Source: a virus (Duplodnaviria; Caudoviricetes). From it: 58,751 nucleotides of DNA. A model generated the notes under the pieces. The model saw nothing but the letters and a program-made list of their open reading frames with translations. It did no database searches and was not told the origin of the DNA. Shown here piece after piece: positions 17,928 through 24,807 of the stretch. The stretch lies in IMG/VR virus record IMGVR_UViG_3300019884_000062, positions 1 through 58,751 of that record; one strand, written 5' to 3'. Within the stretch, counting starts at the first letter, position 1, and each line of letters begins with the position of its first letter. The translations under genes were made by a program, and so were the position numbers.

Positions 17928-18565
17928 CGCAAGCCGCCTCTCCACACGTCGAGGTTCTTCGTGATCAGTTCCCTTATCTCCCAACAGGAGTGCACGCGGC
18001 CCATGACTGGGATGGTCGGCACGTAGTGGCGGTTGTAGGGCTGGTCCCGGATGTACGTAGTGAAGCGTTGCCGCGCGGCTAGCTCGCACTGCTCCGGAAG
18101 GTCATCGAACACGGCCGCTACCCGCGAGCCGGCTTGCCGGCGTAGCTCCTTGTACTTGTCTTCGCCGAACAGTACGGCATCATAGCGAATCTTGTTGCGC
18201 CGCAACCATTCCCTGGTGTCAGGGTCGATGTTGTCGAGCCGGAGGTATGGCCGTGTCGTACAGATCCAGACTTCGCACTTGGCCTTCCTGATGGCTTGGG
18301 TGAGGTCGCTCGCTCCGTCGTACGCGGGCATGAAGCGCTTCAGGCCGCCCTGACGGTATGCCAGCTTGACCTCCCGGTAGCGCGCTCGGGTCACCCCCAT
18401 GAACTTGTAGAGCGGCATACCCGGGTTGATCGTGTTGTAGCCCGGCATCTCCTTGTCCAGCCACATCGCGGCGAACCAGAGGAAGTGCTTGTGGTAGTTG
18501 CCAAGGGTTCCGTCGATGTCGAGCGCGAAGACTGGAACCCCTTCTCCATTAGTCCTCACGGCCAC
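17924..18565 (-). CDS. HAD-superfamily 5'-nucleotidase/phosphatase
   Basis: DIDGT motif I; CTTRP; FDD motif IV; QPYN. Confidence 0.88.
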   Translation of the reverse strand: MAVRTNGEGVPVFALDIDGTLGNYHKHFLWFAAMWLDKEMPGYNTINPGMPLYKFMGVTRARYREVKLAYRQGGLKRFMPAYDGASDLTQAIRKAKCEVWICTTRPYLRLDNIDPDTREWLRRNKIRYDAVLFGEDKYKELRRQAGSRVAAVFDDLPEQCELAARQRFTTYIRDQPYNRHYVPTIPVMGRVHSCWEIRELITKNLDVWRGGLR

Positions 18566-18664
18566 CCCTTGATGATATCCATCTGCCCGCTACCCTCGCA
18601 GAAGGCGAGCAGGATGACGACTGTGATCATTAAGGCGGTCCAGCCGCCGTGCGTGTAGTTCAAC

Positions 18665-18934
18665 TCAGCCGACCATCACCAGGGGGCGGTCCATCAACGC
18701 CGTGTGCTCAACGGTCGTCGCTTCGCGGATGCGATGGAGCCGATAGGTCTCCCGCGCTCGCGCCGCTTGCCTTTGTTCGTACCAGACCCGCTCCAGAATG
18801 TCGCCGGCCCAGATGCCGGTCGAGTGCCGTCCGCCGCGTCCGGGTAGATAGTCCACCGTCAACAGGTCCCAGACGCGGAGGTCGCGCCCGTAGTGCGTCG
18901 CCTCGCGGACCATCCGCCGTAGCCATGCCATCAT
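18665..18934 (-). CDS. Hypothetical protein (89 aa)
   Basis: AAGGAG RBS; ATGA overlap. Confidence 0.55.
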   Translation of the reverse strand: MMAWLRRMVREATHYGRDLRVWDLLTVDYLPGRGGRHSTGIWAGDILERVWYEQRQAARARETYRLHRIREATTVEHTALMDRPLVMVG

Positions 18935-19764
18935 GATATGCGCTCCTTCACCTTGTAGTACGCCTCGTGCGATAGTACGCCCTTGGTCCACGTACCGTAC
19001 CGCCCGACGCGCATCCAACTCTTGTACTCTCCGATCCAGCAGTCGCACGTGGTAACGAGTGGCTTGGTGATCTTAGCCACGTCACTGATCGGCGGCTTGC
19101 GATCCTCCGGCCATTCGACCGTGTTGTATCCGTACACGTTCGCCGCGCGGTACCAGCCGACGTCTGGCACGCCGTTACAGACTACGGTCATCGGCTCCAC
19201 CTTCAACGGAGCGAAGATGCCGCGCTCCGGCGCGTCGCCGATACCCCAGACCTCCTGGTCTTGAAAGATATGGCTCCGATTGAAGCACAAGGCCGGCGCG
19301 GGTAGCGAGGTCACAACCAGATGATATCGCTCCCACTGAACTCCAATCGGCGTTTGGTTCGGCGTGAGCGCGCCAAAGGTAGAGGCGTTCATCTCGCCGA
19401 TGTCCTCGATGGCATCCGCGTACCGCTCCCAGGCCGCGTAGTACGTCGCACGGATATCCCAAACGGTGTACTCTCCTCTTAGGACTTCGACCGAGGCTTT
19501 GCCGGCTGGCAAACCACCCGCGCCGTACACCTTCCGGATGTAGCCTTCGGTCGTACCCACGAGCTTGTAGTTGAGAGTTGTGGAGCCGTTGGACAAGTAC
19601 GGGATCGGCTCGTGAAGGTACTGCGCGCCGAACATCTCGCTTCGCCGCTTCTTGGAGTAGATGTCGACATCCCAGCCGGCCTCCACGAGCGCGTGCACAG
19701 CGAAGAGTCCGGCCGGACCGCAGCCGAGCACGAGCGCTCGCTTGGCCCTGCGACTAAGACGCAT
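18931..19764 (-). CDS. FAD/NAD(P)-binding oxidoreductase, UDP-galactopyranose mutase-like fold
   Basis: GCGPAG Rossmann motif, GAQYLH, C-terminal VGRYGTW. Confidence 0.75.
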   Translation of the reverse strand: MRLSRRAKRALVLGCGPAGLFAVHALVEAGWDVDIYSKKRRSEMFGAQYLHEPIPYLSNGSTTLNYKLVGTTEGYIRKVYGAGGLPAGKASVEVLRGEYTVWDIRATYYAAWERYADAIEDIGEMNASTFGALTPNQTPIGVQWERYHLVVTSLPAPALCFNRSHIFQDQEVWGIGDAPERGIFAPLKVEPMTVVCNGVPDVGWYRAANVYGYNTVEWPEDRKPPISDVAKITKPLVTTCDCWIGEYKSWMRVGRYGTWTKGVLSHEAYYKVKERIS

Positions 19765-19927
19765 CGCGCACCTCCATCTCTTTGATCCTCCACGAGGTCC
19801 AGCCGACCGTCTTGGTCACCTTGACCTCGGCATCCTCGCTGTGAGTGGCGAGCGCTCGCTTGATCTCGCCTGCGTTCATGCCGACCTTTGGATCGGTCGC
19901 CTGATAGGTCGTGATCTTCCAAGTCAT
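19754..19927 (-). CDS. 57-aa hypothetical protein
   Basis: Hand-translated MTWKITTYQATDPK...; AGGAG RBS; ATGA overlap. Confidence 0.55.
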   Translation of the reverse strand: MTWKITTYQATDPKVGMNAGEIKRALATHSEDAEVKVTKTVGWTSWRIKEMEVRDAS

Positions 19928-20412
19928 GCCGCACGCTCCTGGTACCGGCGCACAGCCTCGGCACGGATAGCTTGGATGTCCGGCTTGGTCGGATTCTCGA
20001 AGATGGCAAGGATGTAGGCGGTCGCCTCGGCGCGGCCGGGGTCACGACCATCCTCGGCCTCCGAGCCCGGGTTCATGAGCCGGTCCATGATGTCGTCCAG
20101 CTCGCCCCAGACCAACTCCCATATGCTCGGCCCGTGCCGGTCCTCCAACACAAGCACGCCGTTCTTGCCCGTGCAGTCCGCCTGGTGCTGTGGCGGATCA
20201 AGGCAAGTACATGCCGTCTTCTGGACCCATCCTCTCGCAGCCATACTCTCACTCCCGTGCTCGTGCGATTGCTTCTTCGTCCTATGTAGATAGTTGTGAT
20301 AGACCTCGTGTGTGCGCCGCGTCCTAATTCGACGGTCGCTACCAATCCATCGCATCCGGAGGTCTGCAGCATGCTCTGCCATCAGGTGGTCGGCGAACTC
20401 CGTATCATCCAT
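19924..20412 (-). CDS. Hypothetical His/Cys-rich protein
   Basis: AGGAGGAG RBS before MDDTEF; possible second start at MAARGW. Confidence 0.6.
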   Translation of the reverse strand: MDDTEFADHLMAEHAADLRMRWIGSDRRIRTRRTHEVYHNYLHRTKKQSHEHGSESMAARGWVQKTACTCLDPPQHQADCTGKNGVLVLEDRHGPSIWELVWGELDDIMDRLMNPGSEAEDGRDPGRAEATAYILAIFENPTKPDIQAIRAEAVRRYQERAA

Positions 20413-20419
20413 GTCTCCT

Positions 20420-20600
20420 CCTGATGAGAGCGGGAGCGGTCCGCTACCGAACGCCAAGCCTCCAGCAAGAGCGCTTTGCCTTACGGTCTTGGGGCTCTCA
20501 CGAACAGCTCCCACTCATCCCGCGAGTCGCGTCGAGCCTAGCGCTCATCCGCCGCGACGCGACATCCCGGCCAGCGGGTGGCCGAGAGTAGGTGCCGATC
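20420..20600 (-). ncRNA. Candidate structured RNA or leader
   Basis: Gap with no convincing ORF and several stems (GTCGCGTCG/CGACGCGAC; GATGAG-TGGGAGC/GCTCCCG-CT-CTCATC; CC-GTAA-GG). Confidence 0.4.
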
Positions 20601-20601
20601 C

Positions 20602-21183
20602 CTAGAACGGGGGTTCGTCGTCTACCGGCCCGGTCGCACCGGCATCCTCCTCCGGAGCCGGCTCCGCCGCCGCCGCCTCGGAAGGCGCCCAATACCCGCC
20701 GTATGCGATCTCCCGGCGTGCCTTGCCCTCGTATGAACCGGTGATCACCTCGGCCAGTACGTAGGTCTTGCCGGACTCGAAGACCCAACGACCGATCTTC
20801 TGCACCGACCGCGAGCCCTGCCGGTTGGCGTCCTTCTCGACGTCCATGCGCTCCATGAAGTCCGCCGCGCTGACACCGATGGCGTCCAGGAACGGCTTGA
20901 GGCGGTCCGCAGTCGAGGACATGACCGGGATGTAGTCGGTGATGTAGAACCCCTTGAACGGAACCTGCTCGGTACGTCCCTTGCGGGGCACCAGTTCCAA
21001 GCCGACGATGAGCTGGTCATTGTCCTGCCGGCTCTTGCCCTTCCGGAGCTGGTTGACCTTGAAGGCATAGATGCCGTCCGGCGGTGGCGGTCCATCGTAC
21101 CTCTTGAACCGCGAGCCTTGCGCGTTCTCAAGGTCATCGCGAGAGATGGGCTCTGCGCCCGATCCCCATGTTGCTCTGGGCAT
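20602..21183 (-). CDS. Single-stranded DNA-binding protein (DUF669-like)
   Basis: PPPDGIY beta-rich core, LKPFLDAIG, acidic tail DDEPPF; follows the AAA ATPase. Confidence 0.75.
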   Translation of the reverse strand: MPRATWGSGAEPISRDDLENAQGSRFKRYDGPPPPDGIYAFKVNQLRKGKSRQDNDQLIVGLELVPRKGRTEQVPFKGFYITDYIPVMSSTADRLKPFLDAIGVSAADFMERMDVEKDANRQGSRSVQKIGRWVFESGKTYVLAEVITGSYEGKARREIAYGGYWAPSEAAAAEPAPEEDAGATGPVDDEPPF

Positions 21184-21247
21184 TCGATCCTCCTGTTAGG
21201 ACTCCCGCGAGCGCGCTGCGCGACGCGGCCTTGCAACCCGGCTCAAG

Positions 21248-22118
21248 CTATTCAGCGTTCGCCGGAGTCTTATCGACCAGTTCCATCAACTGCTGCATAT
21301 TGATGTCGTCCATGAACCGCCCAAAGGCGGTGAACTGATCCTTGGCGAAGTAGATGGTACCCGTATTGGGATCGGCGGTCTGCTGCCAGAGCGCGCGGCG
21401 GACCTCGTGGTGTGGCTTGCGCTTGTTTTGCTCGGTGACGGTCTGCCCCTCTTCGTCCACCCAACGCTTCCGCATGAAGCCGACCGCGTGCATGAGACCC
21501 GAGACGTAGTTGGAGAGCGCGCCATCCTTTTGCTGGAAGGCCGGCACTACAAGCCGATCACCGGCATCATCATCAAACCGCATCGCATGCGCGGTCGTGA
21601 GAGTGTTGACCTGAAGGTCGATCAGGCGCGCCATCGCCGACCGGATGAAGTTCTGGGTGTTGAAGTAGTCCGGCTTGTCGGGGAGATTCCGATGCGCACG
21701 GCTGGCCGGGTTGAGGTCGAACGCCTCGGCCGTATAGCCTAGCCGGACCTTGGTCTCCAACGTCGTGGCGCCTTCGAGGATGATCCACTCGTACTGCTTC
21801 CATCCTCCGGACTCCAACCAGTCGAGTCCTGTTAGGAGGGTCGAGCTGTTGGGGATAGGCCGGATCATCCGCCGCCCGACCGGCACGCCGAGCGATACCC
21901 GCGCGGCGGAGATGTAGCCCGGCTCGCACGCGAGGATCAGAGAGTTGGGGCAAGAGCCGGCCACGACCGTCTTGCCGCAGCCGGAGTCGCCATACAGCAG
22001 GAAGTTCCAAGTCACGGATGCCGGCCGTGAAGTCGTCAACCGACACCACGTTAACATCAGTCGAAGTGCCGACACGACCCGCTGCCCGCGCGGAGCCGGC
22101 TTGCGCTTCCTTCACCAT
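21248..22118 (-). CDS. AAA_24/Sak4-like (RecA-like) ATPase; N-terminus appears to lie in a different frame
   Basis: Walker A YGDSGCGKT in ORF 21248..22075; a natural-looking N-terminus from ATG 22118 needs a +1 shift near 22010 to join it. Confidence 0.8.
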
Positions 22119-22588
22119 GCGCTCGGGAGCTTCCAGGTGACGGGTACCGAGCGAGCCGTGAGCGCCGCGTGGATCTGGTTGAGACGCTTCGGTCCCACGC
22201 CCGGCGTGTCCAGGAGCCGGTCAAGCGTCGCGTGCCCGAGGTCCCAGACGTTCTTGATGCCGGAGTGGTTCTGGAGCGCGAGCAGGATATGCGACGGTAC
22301 GCCGCTCAACGCGGTCACCGGAGTCAACCGCGCGGCTCGCGCCAACTCCGCCTCCTGCTGCCAACGGACGCAATGCGCCGGGGTGCCGGTCCGGATACCC
22401 GACCGGACGCGGCCATACATACCCTGCGTCAGGAGCGCTCGCACCGAGGTACCCGGCTCGGCGTTGTCGGTCAACCGGCCTCGGCTTGGCCGTGCTATCG
22501 AGCCTTGGGCCTTCTGAAGCAACACGTTCGTCATCATACGACGCCAGGCTGAAACGCTCGATGCCGTATTGGCGGTCTTGGTCGTCAT
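22112..22588 (-). CDS. HhH protein with an RNA polymerase alpha-CTD-like C-terminal domain
   Basis: LQNHSGIKNVWDL...LLDTPGVGPKRLNQIHAAL parallels the alpha-CTD pattern. Confidence 0.6.
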   Translation of the reverse strand: MTTKTANTASSVSAWRRMMTNVLLQKAQGSIARPSRGRLTDNAEPGTSVRALLTQGMYGRVRSGIRTGTPAHCVRWQQEAELARAARLTPVTALSGVPSHILLALQNHSGIKNVWDLGHATLDRLLDTPGVGPKRLNQIHAALTARSVPVTWKLPSAW

Positions 22589-23742
22589 AGCTCAAAGCTC
22601 CCAATCTCTTCAGCCGACTTCCGGTGGTTCGCGTACGGATCGGCTACCCGGTACGCGATGCTACGTAGGTCTTGCCAGTTGCCGCTAGTCTCTTCGAGCC
22701 GGCACATGTCGTAGAAGTCGCAGAGTCTCGCGCAGCTCCAGTGCGGAGTCTTCGTGATCGGTAGCTCGCCGCGTCGGTAGACCTCCATGGTGGCCGCGTC
22801 GTCTTGGATCCGAATCAGCTGGTTTCGTTGCTCGGCGCGGGTACGCGGCAACGGATGCCGCACAAGGAGTGGGCTAGGTTGGAGCTTAGAGCGCTCGCCA
22901 AGCACGGTCAACCCTCGCTCCACAGCTAGGTCTGCCAAGCCGCCTAGCGTGAGCTTATCCAGGCTCTTGAGGCCGGGACCGGGAGTCACGCCGGCCGCTT
23001 CGAGCGCGGTCACATAATCGACCTTAATTGGCTTGTTGGTCGCGTAACCTTGCGCGTCGCGCGGCCGGAGGTCCGGTAAGCCCTTCCGCAGGAAGTTGTA
23101 CATGATCCCGTGAAGCCGCTCGGTCTTCTTGATGAGACCGGCCTTCAACAGCGTCCGGTACGCCACAACCCAATAGGTCCCACCTTGCTCGTCTAGCGGC
23201 AAGTGATCGAGCCGGATGGACTTCGCGGTCTTGTGCTCTCCGAGCCAGAGCCAACCGGTGTCCGCGTCGCGGTACACGAGGTCGAAGGTGCCGACGTTCC
23301 GCGCCAGGAGCGAGCGCGTCTCTTCGCCCCACCACTCCGGCCAAGGGATGTCAAAGGTGAACGTCTGCTCGGGAGAGACCACGAGCCAGCGCTCATCATT
23401 CCCGTACGTCTTCACGTACTCCTCAAGGAGCGTGATGCCGAGGTCGCGGAGGTTAGTCCACTCAGCGATCTCTTCATCGGTCGCGGCCTTGGTTTTGAAC
23501 ATGCGCATCTCGTCGGTCGCGAGGCTCGCGAAGGTCTCCGCCGGGTGCGGTCCACGCTTCGTACCGGGACCACAGTACCAGAGCGCCATGCCAACGTGAA
23601 CCAACTCGCCGAACCAGAGCGGGTTGCTGACTCGCTTAGGCTTCAAGCCTTCCCGGTACGCCCACCACCACGCGCGCTTGCAGCGCTTGAAGAGTACGCG
23701 CTCGCTCGTGCGTATCTGTGGTATGGCCGATGAATCCGGCAT
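22585..23742 (-). CDS. PD-(D/E)XK exonuclease (RecB/Cas4-like)
   Basis: IRTSER..FKRC, GELVH, GTFDLV, EHKT, C-terminal C..CDF..C. Confidence 0.88.
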   Translation of the reverse strand: MPDSSAIPQIRTSERVLFKRCKRAWWWAYREGLKPKRVSNPLWFGELVHVGMALWYCGPGTKRGPHPAETFASLATDEMRMFKTKAATDEEIAEWTNLRDLGITLLEEYVKTYGNDERWLVVSPEQTFTFDIPWPEWWGEETRSLLARNVGTFDLVYRDADTGWLWLGEHKTAKSIRLDHLPLDEQGGTYWVVAYRTLLKAGLIKKTERLHGIMYNFLRKGLPDLRPRDAQGYATNKPIKVDYVTALEAAGVTPGPGLKSLDKLTLGGLADLAVERGLTVLGERSKLQPSPLLVRHPLPRTRAEQRNQLIRIQDDAATMEVYRRGELPITKTPHWSCARLCDFYDMCRLEETSGNWQDLRSIAYRVADPYANHRKSAEEIGSFEL

Positions 23743-23759
23743 CGGTTGTCCTCTCACTA

Positions 23760-24115
23760 GCCGAGCAGTCGGAAGAGGGTTTGTCCGGTCACACCCACAA
23801 CGAGGCTCATACAACCCGAGGCGAGGGGACGTCACTCCCGCTGTCTCCTCAAACCGCTTTGATCCGCCTGCCCGAGCTAGTCGAGCGGTTCGGCCTCCGC
23901 GCCTAGGACACTCTGCCCTCTTCCAACCGTATCCCTGGCCCGACTCGGACGGGCAATCTGTCTCCTATGGCCGGCGATCAACCCGGTTGCAACAGAGCAA
24001 GGACCACGTACCGTTTCATCCATCACCGGCGATTCGAGAGGTCCTAAAAGGACATTCAGGCGCGGCGGCAGTCGCTTTAAACAATGGATCGGACGGTACC
24101 ACTCACGGACGTGGG
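23760..24115 (-). ncRNA. Candidate structured non-coding RNA, about 350 nt
   Basis: No convincing ORF; long-range stems GGTTGGAAGAGGG/CCCTCTTCCGACT and GTACCGT..ATCCAT/ATGGAT..ACGGTAC with nested stems. Confidence 0.55.
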
Positions 24116-24118
24116 GGA

Positions 24119-24568
24119 TCAGAAAGGCGCCTCATCCGCAGCCGGAGCGGCGGCAGCGGCAGCCCGGCGCCGGGTGGTCGTGGCCTTCGCGGCCTTCGTC
24201 GCCTTGGCGGCCTTCGCGGGCGGAGCCGCCGCCGGAGCCGCATCCGCAGCCGGAGCCGCCGCCTTGGCCGCCTTCTTGGCGGGCTTGGGTGCCGCCGCCG
24301 CCTCTGCGTCCGCCGCCTCCTTCGCGGCCGCACGCTCCTGCGCGATGACCTCGCGCGCCTCGCGCCACTCGTCCGAGGACTGGTGGACCATCACGAGCGC
24401 CTTCGCGAGCCGGACGCCTTCGTTGAACGCCTCCTGCTTGGACTTCGCGAGGTTCGGGTTGTAGCCGGTCTGCTCCACGATCCACTCGGCGAAGTGGGTC
24501 TGCTGCTCGGTCGGCGCCTTCGTCGCGTAGCCGGTGAGGTCGCGCTCGGCGGTCTCTGCCTCGGGCAT
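24119..24568 (-). CDS. Ala/Lys-rich histone-like protein with an acidic DEAPF tail
   Basis: PAKKAAKAA/KAAKATKAAKA repeats; GAAGGAG RBS; strong GC3 bias. Confidence 0.8.
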   Translation of the reverse strand: MPEAETAERDLTGYATKAPTEQQTHFAEWIVEQTGYNPNLAKSKQEAFNEGVRLAKALVMVHQSSDEWREAREVIAQERAAAKEAADAEAAAAPKPAKKAAKAAAPAADAAPAAAPPAKAAKATKAAKATTTRRRAAAAAAPAADEAPF

Positions 24569-24605
24569 CTCCGTACTCCTTCTCAGTTTCGGTCTCTCTG
24601 CGTCG

Positions 24606-24634
24606 ATCCTACTTGCACGGGTGGAGTTGGCGAA
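24606..24634 (-). promoter_or_regulatory. SigA-like promoter TTCGCC-N17-TAGGAT
   Basis: Upstream of the histone-like gene; shares GCTTTCGCCA with the 29.87-kb promoter. Confidence 0.45.
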
Positions 24635-24636
24635 AG

Positions 24637-24807
24637 CTAACGCCTGAATCTGATCCGGCGGAGCTTGATTCCCTTACGCCGCTTACGATTCACCTCTTGG
24701 ATCTCGCGGAACCTCTGCTGCCTCCCGCGCTCGCGCCGCACTCCCAGGTTGTAGAAGAGCACGGCTGCGAGCACGGAAGTCAGCGTCAGTCCGATTAGGT
24801 CGATCAA
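24637..24807 (-). CDS. 56-aa peptide, N-terminal TM segment with an Arg-rich tail
   Basis: Hand-translated MIDLIGLTLTSVLAAVLFYNLGVRRERGRQQ...RRIRFRR; TTG overlaps the helicase stop; GGAGG upstream. Confidence 0.5.
   Translation of the reverse strand: MIDLIGLTLTSVLAAVLFYNLGVRRERGRQQRFREIQEVNRKRRKGIKLRRIRFRR

Noticed and set aside
22585-23742. Cas4-like nuclease as evidence of CRISPR-Cas
   Set aside because: Sits in a standard phage exonuclease-ATPase-SSB module; no other cas genes and no repeat-spacer array seen
24000-24100. Hammerhead ribozyme within the structured RNA
   Set aside because: GAAAC is present but the CUGANGA core is absent
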